Source: Octopus sinensis
Lineage: Eukaryota
Length of the DNA stretch: 64,000 nucleotides
Direction: 5' to 3'
Assembly (NCBI RefSeq): GCF_006345805.1
Contig: NC_043003.1
Span: 38,006,001 to 38,070,000 of the forward strand
The first letter of the stretch is position 1. Every line of letters starts with the position of its first letter. Shown one piece after another: positions 13,101-26,400 of this stretch. The notes beneath the pieces were generated by a model that was not told where the DNA came from, did not search any database, and saw only the letters and a program-made list of their open reading frames with translations. The translations under genes were made by a program, and so were the position numbers.

Positions 13101-16100
13101 GAGAGAGAGAGAGAGAGATAGGCAGATAACATTTGTATTAACAGAGTACAGATAAAAATATAAAGAAAAAGATACAAGCAAACATGAACTAGATTGAAAA
13201 CTTTGTTACTGAAAACTACACTCATGATAATGGTGGATAGTGAAAAGTATTTCTTTTATTGAACTAAATGTATAACATTCTTCAACCTGTTTGTTCACAC
13301 ATTATGCTTTAGTTTATTAGAAAAGAAGAGGAAATTTGAGAACGAGGGAGGGAACAGATAGCCAGCTGATGCATTATGCTGTTACCTGTGTGGTTAGTGG
13401 AAGTGAGGGAGAAAGAGAAATGTTAGCCACAAAGAGGAAAATTACATGGTTGAGAAGTTTGTTGAAGAGGTAGAGATATAAGGTGCTGAGCAGAGGGAAA
13501 TTTTAAAATCATATCTTATAATAATTCTGCTTGTTATTTCGTTACTTAGCCCATCAGTAATGCTTTCATGTGATTAGCGAAAAAGCGGGAGAGAGAAGCG
13601 TCCATGAGGTGAGGTAGAAGGAATGTAATTGTAACACTTTCATGTGATTAGTTGAAGGGAAGGAGAGAGAAAAAGAGGATAAGGCAAAGACGGAGAGAAA
13701 AGCATCCATGACGTGAAGTAAGGGGAATTTAATATATGGTTAAAAAAGTTAGTTGAGGGTTGTGATGATATAGAGGAAGAGAGCTAAAAATGTAATTTTA
13801 GCAGAGGGATGATTGATATTCTGATTGTGAAGTTAAAGAAAGGCAGAGAGGAAGAGAAATGATGATGATGATGGTGGAGGTGGCAGTGGTGATTGGATAG
13901 TAAAAAGTGTATTTTTACTCTATGCGCATAAGGGAAAGCAGGGTATTGTAGTCACTTGTCTGTTTCTGTGTTTGCAAAATTACTGGAAAATGGCTGCATG
14001 GATTTTCACCAAATTTGGCAGAAATACTCATTGGGTGAGTGGCTTGAACTCATTAAATTTTGGTGGACAAGTGAATCAAAATATTTTTTCTTTTGTTATA
14101 AAAGCATAACCTGTAAGCAGGGGAAATAACTCTTGATGTCATTTTGTTGAAATATGAATTTGTCTGAGATTATTTAATTAAATTTTATTTTATCCTTGTG
14201 TGCGTGCGGGATATTGCATCACTCCTTTGATGCCTATTTTTTTCCTTTTGCTTTTTTTTTTAATGGAATAAATTTTTTTTATATCACTTATCATCTCATG
14301 CACGTAGGTGCAATTCTGTGAAATATTCACGCTTATTTATTTGGAAGTTATATTTAGTTTAACTAAAGGTTGTATCATATGTATGGGATATTTTTTTTGT
14401 TTATGAGAACCTTTGAAATACTTTAAGGAAAGAGATTGCTAGGTCTTGTATCCAAGTAATCACGTACACTCCATCTGTTGTTATGAAACCATGTTCAATG
14501 ATGATTATATATTTGTTTCTAATTTTCATCAGTTTATTGATACTAAAAGTAAATGAAAGGGTCAGACTCAGTGTTGTCTTAAGTCATGGGCACACTAACC
14601 AGTTACCCAAGCGTCCTACAAGTCTCGAGACCTAATGCTATTCTTTTTATTTTGTGTATGTAGGGGACCTCTTTGCATGGCTTTGTTTTAAGGCCTGTAA
14701 TTCTGTTAAAATGACCCTGATCAGATTTTTATTTCTTTGAGGTGTTGATTAGCAGAATTGTTGGACAAAAATTCCTTGTATTTGTTCTAACTCTTTACTT
14801 TCTGTGTTCAAATCCTGTTGAGGATGACTCGTACTCCAGTATCAGTCAGTTACTGGGGTTGATTTAATCAGCTACCCAACCTCTGAAATCTCAGACCTTG
14901 TGTTAGAAATGATAACTCTTTCATTATCATTAAACTGATGTTTGAACATAAAAATATTGTACAGTGGAAAATTTTCATTTCACTGTGAACCCTTTGAAAC
15001 AAATGGTGTTGCATAATAGAATTAAAAGCAGTGTCCTGCAAGTTGGTATGAAAAGGCGTTAAGACAGTAGAGTGTTATTTATAGGAGATTTGGCTGCTAC
15101 ATCTAGTTGGTCAAATAATCACAATATAGTTATGCTGCTCACTTGAATTTCATGTATGAGCCATTGTTGCAGGTCTTTTGGTTGAATAATGAAATAACTT
15201 CTCAGCTGAAATTTTTGGATGCATCGATATTTGATTTTAATATGTGACAATTAAGCTGTTTCTTAATTGTGGGCTACTCTTAAAAGTGGACTACTCTGCA
15301 TTTTGCTTCATTGTTTGTTGGAATCTCTCAGCATTAGTAGACTAGTCTTATTCATATGACCAGCAATAATTATGCTGTATAGAAATTTGAAATAATTTTT
15401 CTAACTGGAATATTTTGTCCTAACACCAACTATAGCTGATGGATTGGCAGATTCTTTAGGAATGTTGGAAAAAAATCAACAGCATCATTTAACTTCCATA
15501 TTCCATGCTGGTATCGATTGACAGGCTTCACAACATACAAACAAATATGCACACAAATATTCATATACAATGAATTTCTGCAGTTTCTGGCTACAAAAAT
15601 TCCTCATGTTGTGCTTGAGAAGAAGATCCATCAAGCTGAGCGAAATCACAGTTGTAGCATGTAAACGCACCCAGTGTCATGCAAATGGTACCCATTACAC
15701 TCTCGGTATGGTTGGCGTTAAAAAGGGCATCCAGCTGTAGAAAACCATGCCAAATCGGACTGGTGCAGCCTTCCAGCATGTTAGCCCAGTCAAACAGTCC
15801 AACCCATGCCAGCATGGACAACAAATGTTAAATGGTAATGAGACAGACACATAAGTAAGCACATAAATGCAAAACAAGGGGGTGAAAAAATAGTACTCAG
15901 ATACTGAAGTTATGCTGTTTGATCACAACTGTCCAATGAACGAATACATGAAACTCCAAGTAACAGCTTTTTGTGATGTTTTTGCAGCTTTGATAGAAAA
16001 GTATATATATATATATGCGGATGCGCAATGGCCCAGTGGTTAGGGCATGGGACTCGGGGTTGTAGGATCGCGGTTTCGATTCCCAGACCAGGCGTTGTGA

Positions 16101-16309
16101 GTGTTTATTGAGCGAAAACACCTAAAGCTCCACGCAGCTCCGGCAGGAGGTGGTGGCGATCCCTGCTGTACTCTTTCGCCACAACTTTCTCTCACTCTTT
16201 CTTCTGTTGGCCTGCTCGCTTGTTGGTGTCATTTGAAGGCTAAAACAATGCAAAACGCATTGTGACCAGCGATGTGTAGCAGCATCTGATAGCCTGGTCG
16301 GTCACGGTG

Positions 16310-16340
<31 letters not shown>

Positions 16341-19300
16341 TATATATATATATGACAGGCTTCTTTCAATTTCTGCCTACCAAATATCCACTTTACAGAG
16401 CTTTTGTTGGCCTGAAGCTATAATAGAAGACACTTGTCCAAGGTGCCACACAGCGGGACTGAACCTGAAAACATGTGGTTGGGAAGCAAGCTTTTTACCA
16501 CACAGCCATGCCACTCAGGAAACTGTAATTGAGTAATGTGTGTTTTCAGATCCATATTCTGTTGCTAATTAATATAATTCACTAGATAATGAGAAGAAAT
16601 AAGTAAAAAGGACTTTGGAAGCCTGTTGATTTATTTAGTGTCCTTTATGAAAATTCAAAGGAAACAAAATATTTCATACTCACATGTATGCATCTGTGTG
16701 TGTTACTGTTAGTAAATACACTCTATAATTCAAATTCAATGAAAGTTGGTCTTTAGTCTCTTATCTTCAGTTTGATTTTAATATTTTAGGAAGAACTTGC
16801 TGTTCACAAAAGGAAAGTTCAAGAGCTGGAAACCTGGATGAAGAATACTCTAAATTCTAAGAAGGTATTTGCATTACATTATTTACATTGTTTACATTTT
16901 GATATTTGTCCTCATCTTGTTTGTTAACACATTTCGGCTGATATACTCTCCAGCCTTCATCAAGTGTCTTGGGGAAATTTCGAACCTGGGTTCTCATTCC
17001 TAAGGTATTTTTCAATGTTGTTGCTGTTGCTGCTGCTCTTCTTCGTCTTCTTCAAGTCACTGCTTGGAATCGAACGTGGAATCTTGGGGTTAGTAGCCTA
17101 CGCTCTTAACCACGGGCATATGATGTAGTGGTTAAGAGCGCAGGCTACTAACACCAAGATTCCGAGTTCGATTCCAAGCAGTGACCTGAATGATAATAAT
17201 AACATCAAAAAATACCTTAGGAACGAGAACCCAGGTTTGAAATTTCCCCAAGACACCTGACAAATGCTGGAGGGTATATCAGCCAAAATGTGTTAACAAC
17301 AAGCAAGATGAGGACAAATATCTGTCAAATGTAAATAATATACATAATTCCTCATCTCTTAAAAAAGAACTGTATTATCTAAGAAGGTAGTGTTTTATTT
17401 ATTTATATTTTCTTTTTTATTTTCTAATCTTTGATTTAGATATATTTCCTTTGAAATTTGAAATGTGTGTTTGGATTCAGAAAATTTTCAGTGCACTGCA
17501 GAATCATTTAAAACATATTGTTTGTTGAAGTTATCCATTCTTTTGATCAGGCATGAAGTTTGTGTTTAGAAAGGAAAAGAGTTTGATTGATTGAATATCA
17601 GTGTATTTTGCCTTCTACTGATTCCAGGAAGAGTGAAGAGTGAAGTTGACTTCTCGTGGAATTTGAACCCAGAAACAAGAGCCTGCAAAGAATCACAAGT
17701 ATAGCTGTGTAGTGAAGGCATTTGCTTGCAACCACTTGGTTCTAGGTTCAATCCCACTGTTGTTATAGTCACCAAGTGACCATTTCATTTATATATATGT
17801 ATATATGCCTGTATGTATGTGTTCATATTTTTTTGTCTTGAAGCAGGTATGATGATTGTAAACAAAACTCATGGTCATACAAACGGTGTTTGTTAACAAA
17901 AAGTGTGTCTGGTTTTTGAGTTGTTTATTGTTTAAAAGGCTGGGCAAAATAGTTTCTTACTTGGAAACAGGTGAGAGGTGGAGATGGGAAGAGCATCTAA
18001 CTGTTGAAAATTCTTCCTCAATGAATTTCATCTCACTCATTCAGATATGAACAAGTGGTTGTTGAAACAAGGATGATGATGATGGTGTTGTACATGTGCA
18101 TGTTTTTCATTGATGTTAATTAGTTCAGAATATCAAATTTGATAAAACTGTTTTTCTAATTCTACAAATTCCACTTTAAGAATGAGATTATCTATATATA
18201 ATAATTCTCAAGGGCCACCCTTTAGCATTTAAACTGGCCATTTCCAGCCCAAATATTTTACCTGTTTTATGCTCAATGGCCAGATCCAGTCTGTTGTACC
18301 TACCTTACTATGTCATTTCAAAAATAAACAATCACATCATTGAAATTTGAAAGCCACAAGATAATGCATGATTAATTCAAAACAATGTGAATAAATGAGT
18401 ATTACATTTAACAGATTAATCTGAATGCTAAAGAGTTAAATTCCCTGCTATGGCCTGGAGGACTATGATGAATAGATGAGGACTGAGTCCTGGTGATCTA
18501 CTTATTAAATTTGTTGCTGTATTCATTGTTAACTCTCAACTAACTAACAGCACATAATACATAGCTCATGTGGATCACACAAGCCACTTGTCTACCCCTA
18601 ATTTTCTCATTGACTATCAGGTCGCAGAACAAGGGAACCTGTTGAAGACTTTATCCATATTGATGAATCCCAAATATAGTGGCTTACATTTTGCTAAATA
18701 ATCTTTGTGTAGTTGTGTTACTAGAAAGAAGGAATCAGTAGTACTTTTTTCAATCATAGAATTAAAGTGCACTTTGTCTAACTTAATTCTGTTCCTGATT
18801 AATTGGTCTATAACTCTTCCTATAATTTTCTTGACCTGGTCCAGCAATTTGATACATCTTTAATTACTTCTGTCTAAGGGCATCTCCTTTACACTTGTAA
18901 CAGCTGACGATAATGTTGCTATCCATTCCTGTACAGCTTGATTAATTATACAGACAACTAAGTTGTGTCCTACTCTAGCAGATATTTTAAGCTTCTCAGC
19001 AGTGACTCCTGATGGACCAGAAGGCTTTCTCTGCCTTCGTTTCCTTCATTGCTTTATTCATCCATCCACCCATCTGCTCACTAAGTCAACTTGTTATCAA
19101 ATACACGTAAACGACAACCAAATATACCAAGTGCTACTTCTTTTGTATGTTTACTTGTATATCAAACAGGCTACATACCATTATACATGATTGAATGGGA
19201 GTGATGCTAGAACTGAGAATAGAAAGTTGGCTTGCTGATCTATATCTCTTAATCTAATTAAAGTACTGAAATAAAAACCAAGGTTTTTTCCCTATCTTTT

Positions 19301-20057
19301 TTCCTGTTTATAGCCAGCTCCTGTGTTATTACTGACTGGACCTTCAGGTGTTGGGAAAACAACAACTCTCAAAGTCCTTGCAAAAATGTTCAAATATGAT
19401 GTCCAGGAGTGGACCAACCCATTGACGTCTACTTTTGAGACTTTCTCTGATACGTGGAACGCACAAGGTAAGTACATCTCATGATGGCTGATTGTTGTTT
19501 TTATTTATTGATTTTATTTTTAAAGCATTACTATGATGAATGTAGCTAACTATTCTATGGTATGGGTAAGTTCTTGTTGAGTTGTTTAGTGCAATTTGGT
19601 TTTGATTCATAGTAGAGAATAGGTTTGGTGGTTATGGTATTCTGCTCATGATTGTAAGGTTGTGAGTTCAATTCCTGGTGACATGTGTCCTTAAACAAGA
19701 CACTTTATTTCATGTTGCTCCACTCAGCTGGCAAAAAAGAGTTGCACCTGTAATTCGATGGGCCAACCTTGTCACATTTGTGTCATGCTGAATCTCCCTG
19801 AGAACTATGTTAAATGTATATGTGTTTGTGGTGTACTCAGCCACTTGCATGTAAATTTCACAAGCAGGCTGTTCTGTTGGTTGGATCAACCGGAACCCTT
19901 GTAACTAACAGTGTCAGTCTCTTTCCTGGTAGAGACTGTTTGCATTTCTTTAATTACTAATGTCTTTTGAAATGGCACGAAATATAAATAAATGTTATAG
20001 TGCCTGTGTATTTCCTGCCATACAAGTTAAACTTTTCTGACCCAAATTTACTGCTCC

Positions 20058-20088
<31 letters not shown>

Positions 20089-23000
20089 TAGGTTGACCTT
20101 TTCACTAATATGACTTTGGAGGAGCAAAAATTCCATGTGAAATGCAGCAGGATTCAGGAAGATACCAATGATATTTGAATGTTTACACTACATCTTTATA
20201 TTATATACTACATCAACTTGTATGCCAGGAAATTCACTGTATTCTTCATAGGAAAGGAACACTATGAAATACTTTGAAGTAGGAAACAATTTGTAGCTCA
20301 TCAGCTGATCTTTTTTTTCAATTTTCTACAATTTGTAATTTTAAAATTGCTAAAACTGACAAAACTAAGAAAGAGAAATTGAAGGAAAAACTTGAATTTC
20401 AGATTTGATTATTTATTAAAAAAACAAAACAAAAAAAAATCATCATTAGAAAATTGAGCTTCAATTTCAAATTTTTCCTTATTCTCTTTTGAATTCCTGA
20501 AATTTATCATTATGAAATAAGCTCATATTCCTAATTTATATTAGTATATATATATATTTTTTTGAAAACAAAACATTTCAAAGAAATATATTTCACACTC
20601 ATGTCTTTTAAATTCTTCTTTCCAAATTTTTCCCCAGTAGATGGCTCTCACTATGAATCTCAGGTGAGCCTCTTCAAGGAATTCCTTTTGCGTGCAAGTA
20701 AATACAAACAGTTGGACCTTCTTGGCTGTGAGCAGTTTCAGAAAAAGATTATCCTTGTTGAGGTTTGTATACAGAGAGAATACAATCACATTATAGATAT
20801 GGCTTTATGGAATCAATGAAAATTGATTGTGTCAGATATTGTAGATAAAGTTCAGCAACACAGTATCTTGTAGTTATGGAAATACCATGTTGATATTATT
20901 ATTAACAAAATATAGATGGAAGCATGGCTGTGTGTTTAAAAATTTGTTTTGCAATCACATGATTTCAGGTTCAATCCCACTGCACAGTATCTTAGGCAAG
21001 TGTCTTCTACTATAGCTCCAGGTCGATTAATGCCTTGTGAATGATCTGGTAAATGGTAACTGTACATATGTCATCATTTAATATTTGCTTCCCATGCTGG
21101 TAAGGATTGGACAGTTTGACAGGAACTGTTCAGACTCCAGTTGGCATCTTTTCTATGGCCGGATGCCCTTCCCGACACCAACCACTTTACAGAGGGTGCT
21201 AGATGCTTTTTGCATGCCATTGGCACAGGTGCGTTTATGGAGTTTCTATCTCTTCCACATGTCTCCTCCACAGTAAGAGATCAGCTGTTCTTTATACAGC
21301 TGTCCTCGTCCATATACATTACATACCATACCAGCCTTCTCTTTTGTACACCACAGCTTACACCTAACTTTTTTATCAGCATGCACACAGACATTGCACA
21401 TCCAGTGAAGCATGTTAGCTTCATACCTTTCAAGCCTTCGCATGTCCTCATTGGTCACAGCCTGTGTTTCACTGCCATGTAGCATGGCTGTTTGCACACA
21501 GGCATCATACAATCTGCCTTTCACTCTGAAGGCAAAGCCCTTTGTTACTAACAAAGGTAGAAGCTCTCTGATCTTTGCCCAACCTATTCTTGTTCTAGAA
21601 GCTACACTCTTAGAGCATCCATTTATCCACTACTTTTAAATATCTTCTCTGTCATTTAACAAAGTCTATTTTTTGTACATTTCTAGTGATTATTGTACCT
21701 TTACATCTGCCACACATAAAGACTACTTTATCTTTTAACCTTACTCTGATATTCCTGTACCTCTTATATGTCTATAGCTTGAACTAGACACACCTCATGG
21801 AGTTTCTATCTATGCCTTTTCTACTTATTGAGCAGGGCTGTCTCCCTGAAGGGATTTGTGATTTGTCTTACTAAGACTTTGGTCTTTGCTAAATTGACTC
21901 TAAGGCCCTTTGATTCCAGACCTTGTTTCCACACCAGGAATTTCTTTTCTAGTTCTGGTAGAATGAGGTCATCAGCATAGAGGAGCTCCCAAGAGCAGCC
22001 TGTCTTAAATCCCTCTGTTTTTGATTGTAGGACTATGATGAACAAGAGGGGCTGAAGACCAAAGCTTGGTGAACTCCTACTTGTACACTGAATTCATTGC
22101 TATACTCATTGCCAACCCTCACCTTAATGACAGCATCCCTCTACAAGGCTTGTACAGCTCTCACCAACCACTTATCTATCTCTAGTTTCTGCATTGACTA
22201 CCAGATAAGGGAGAAGTAGACCCTGTCAAAGGCTTTCTTCATGTCAGCAAGTACAGAGTTTATTGATGGCCAAGTATTTCTCCTGCAGCTGCCTTACCAG
22301 GAATATAGGATCAGTGGTGCTTCTCCCTAGCATGAAACCAAACTGCATCTGTTCTTGACTAACTCTCTTCTTAATGAGTTGGGCTATGACCCTCTCTAAC
22401 TTTCATTACCTGATCCAACAACAGAAATTTTCCCCATCTTCATATCCTTCATAGTTTTATCTACCAAGCTACTGTCTAAAATGTAATCACTTCATGGTGG
22501 ATTTATTGTTTCTATCTATTTCTCTTGCAGGATTACCCCAATGTATTTTTCCAGAATCCTACTAGTTTCCAATCTATTATTCAGTAAGTATTCAGTTTAA
22601 AATACCCCAAATTCTGGAGTTTTTAATTTAACTTTAAAAACACCATGGTGTATGTGTGTGTGTTTACATCTTCTTTTTCCTGAGAATGGGTTAGATGGAT
22701 TCTTGTGGTTCAAGTCTTTATTCAGAATTGCTACTCTCTTTGATGGGGCTGTATATTCCACTTTTTGGCATGGTTTCTATAGCTGGATGCCTTGTCTATT
22801 GCCAACCACTTTATAGAGTATACTGTTTGTATTTTTCCATGGCACCAACACAGTTGTCTTGATCATACCAACAGAGGTTGTTTTGACCACAACAAAAGGA
22901 GTCTTCTCTATTCTGTTTTCATTTATTCATTTACCTGTACCAAAGGATTGTCTTGTCCTTGACAACACCAGAGTCTTCTCTCTGTATAGTCACTGTTCAT

Positions 23001-23408
23001 CCATATTTATTTTCTACATCTGAAAGGAAGAAAGTTTGTGATACTACTTGGTAACAATAGGGAGGTTCACAGATGGTGGCTATTTGAATATCACATTTAT
23101 TGAAATCCGATCAGTCACTGATTTACTGCATTTTTATTGGTGAGAGTGATAAGGGATTGTCTGTAACTTAGGCAGAACAAATACCACTTGTTTTTTTTTT
23201 TTTTTATTCAAAAGCAGTTTTTTCCATTTTTCTCATTCTTATTTACATATTTGACCAGTATATAACAAGCTTTTGCACAGTTTCTGTTTGTCAAATTCCA
23301 CTTTCAACCCATGGCTATAATAGAGAGACCTCCTCATTTCCTAGTGCTGATGTATATTTTTCAACCCATGCTAGCATGTAAAAGTGAGTTTTAAAAAAAG
23401 AATGAAAG

Positions 23409-23455
<47 letters not shown>

Positions 23456-26400
23456 CTTAAATATGAATTATATTTTTTATAAAAGCTTCATAGGATCATC
23501 ATTGTTTAATGTCCGTTTTCCATGCTGGCATGGGTTTGATGGTTTGCTAAGGAGCTGGTCAGCCACAGATAAAAAAGGATATTTCAACCCATTGGACACA
23601 CACATACATTCAAATACACTCATCAACTCAGCACACGTAAATGCACTCACTCTCGAAATCAATCCAATCCAAGTATACTTATACCCACATCCATACTCAC
23701 ACACACTCTCTCTCACATACATGCAGACATACACAATGTTCCTTTTATTTCTAATATTCTGTTTTCTCAGAAAATATATTTCTACTGGGCTGAATCCACT
23801 GGTGTTTATAATAAGTGATTCTGCAAGTAGCAGCCACAATGAAAGACTTTTGTTTCCAAGTGAATTCCAGCACAGTATTGGCATGAGTCACATAAGGTAA
23901 GGTTTCTTCAGATTTTTATTTTGAAAATATTTCAGGAATTTTAGAAGATAAAATGGCAGAAAATAATACCAGAATACTTGCTAAGGAGGAATAAGTCTTG
24001 TTTAACTGAAGGGCAATATGTCCATCCTGTATTTTTGTCTCAGTTTATCTTCAACCACATAGTCCGATGTGTTCTTTCTTGCTTTTAAGATGGTGAAGTA
24101 TGATGTAAAGTAGATTTGGCTGCTATTTTAAGCATGACAAGTGTCCATATAGAGACTTGAGATTTGAGTGACGAATCAATAAGAAGCCAATCTACAAAAT
24201 GAAAGGTCACAAGTTCATATCCCATTAAAAACACTGTGCTGTGTCAGTGGCCCATGTACTTAAATTTCGAAGACTTCCAATAATCTGCTAGCCGTAAATA
24301 AGGACTTCATCATCATCATTTAGCGTCCGCTAGCATGGGTTGGACGGTTCAACTGGGGTCTGGGAGGCCAGAAGGCTGCACCAGGCCCAGTCTGATCTGG
24401 CAGTGTTTCTACGGCTGGATGCCCTTCCTAACGCCAACCACTCCATGAGTGTAGTGGGTGCTTTTTATGTGCCAGACGGGGCTGGCAAACGGCCACGGTC
24501 GGATGGTACTTTTTACGTGCCACCGGCACAGGGGCCAGGCGAGGATGGCAACGGCCACGATCGGATGGTATTGCATTTCTGGGTTTGTTTCTTCTTTCAG
24601 TTTAACTTGGAAATAACGGTTTCACCAGCCTGTTTTTGTTGTATAGCTGTAACTACATTGTTCAATATGTTTTTCCATTTTTATTATGATGGTTGAGTGT
24701 CATTTGAAGCGGATTTGATAGCTATTTCTAGCAAGGTGAACAACCTTGTATTTTACTGACACTTTCTATTATAAGTATGTTTTTCTATTCTGGCACAAGT
24801 TGGACAGGTTTTCTGAAACAATATTATCAAATGATGGTAAATACACAATAAACAAAGAATAATTTACTTTCAAATATTGATTAAAGTCATTTTTATTTCA
24901 CTTGTGTTGTTAATATTTTTGAAGAAAGTGATGTACATCACAATATTTCTTTTACTGCTACTCTAAGTATCTAATGTTTTAGTGATTTTCTCAAAGGAGA
25001 GTGGTAGACTGAGCACTTTTACATTAGCCTTTCTCACTTCCTTTCTGCTCTTTAAAGATTTGTTTTTGAATAGAAAATATAGAATATTTTAGTTCCATAA
25101 AACCCAGAATTAAAATAAGATGTTATACAGGAAGGCTTATTGGCCCTACAGTGGTGTAAACTACAAGCAAATGGATAAGTAAAATACATTTTTTTTTTTT
25201 TTCAGTTTCAACCCTGTAGCACTTACTATTCTTACCAAAGTCCTCACCAAAATTGCCTTAAAAGAATCTGTAAAGGTCAGTCAACTTCAGTTTTTTTTCC
25301 TCTATTTCATCACACAAATCTGCTGAAAAGTTCCTGGCTTTGGTTGAAAGAAAATACAGGAGGATCAGTTAATTATGATTTTATTGAACATATTCTCTCA
25401 GACTCACACACTAATTGCAATGGTTCTTCAGTTTTTCTAAGCCATGTAAAAGAATTCAGAAGATTGAGCCATTTGTGACACCCTTAAAGCCAGGAACTTT
25501 TCCAGCACACCCTCATAAAACCAATGCAAGTGTTGAATGATAGACATTAAAAGACAGAAAAGATAAAAGCATGATGTTACTTTAGCAGTTTATGGGCTGA
25601 AGTAAAGAAGACCAAGTTACATGCAACTGGATCTGGAACCACACTGCATTGTGTTTAATAATTATATGCATGAAGCAAGCAGACTATTTAAAATATTTCA
25701 TCAAATTTGATGACTGGCATTCGTGCTAGTGGAGCCCTAAGAGTACCATCCGAGCGTGATCGGTGCCAGAGCAACAAACTGGCTTCCATGCCAGTGGCAC
25801 ATAAAAAGCACCATCCAAGCGTGATCATCTTCTGCGTCGTGTTACTGGTACTTGTGCTGGAGTCATGTGAAAAAACATTCGAGTGAGGTCGTTACCAGTG
25901 CCACTGGACTGGCTCCTGTGCAGGTGGCACATAAAAATCACCATTTGAGTGTGGCCATTGCCAGTATCGCCTGACTGGCCCTCATGCCAGTGGCACATAA
26001 AAGCACTCACTATACTCAGGGAGTGGTAGGTGTTAGGAAGGGCATTCAGCTGTAGAAACTCTGCCAGATCAGATTGGAGCCTGTTGCACCCATCTGGTTC
26101 GCCAGACCTCAGTCAAATCATCCAACCCATGCTAAGCAGACGTTAAATGATGATGATGAATCCCTGTGTGGTCTCTTGCCTTGCCAGTTCCTGTCAAATT
26201 GTCCAACCCGTACTAGTATGTAGAACATGTTAAATGTTGATTTTCATACTGGCATGCATTGGACAAGTCATCACTGGCTGTGTAGTTCTTATTCAGAATT
26301 ACTGCCGTGTCTTTCTCAAACATTTCACTTTTGGTTTTGTTTCTACCGCTGGATGCTCTTCCTGTCACCAACCACTTTATAAAGTGTATTGAATACATTT

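Noticed and set aside
17114-17190. tRNA gene
   Set aside because: A/B-box head continues into a repeat body that is also present in inverted form; this is a SINE-type head, not a tRNA with a proper acceptor stem.
23020-23200. Intronic snoRNA
   Set aside because: No convincing C/D or H/ACA box pair with terminal stem could be identified by eye.
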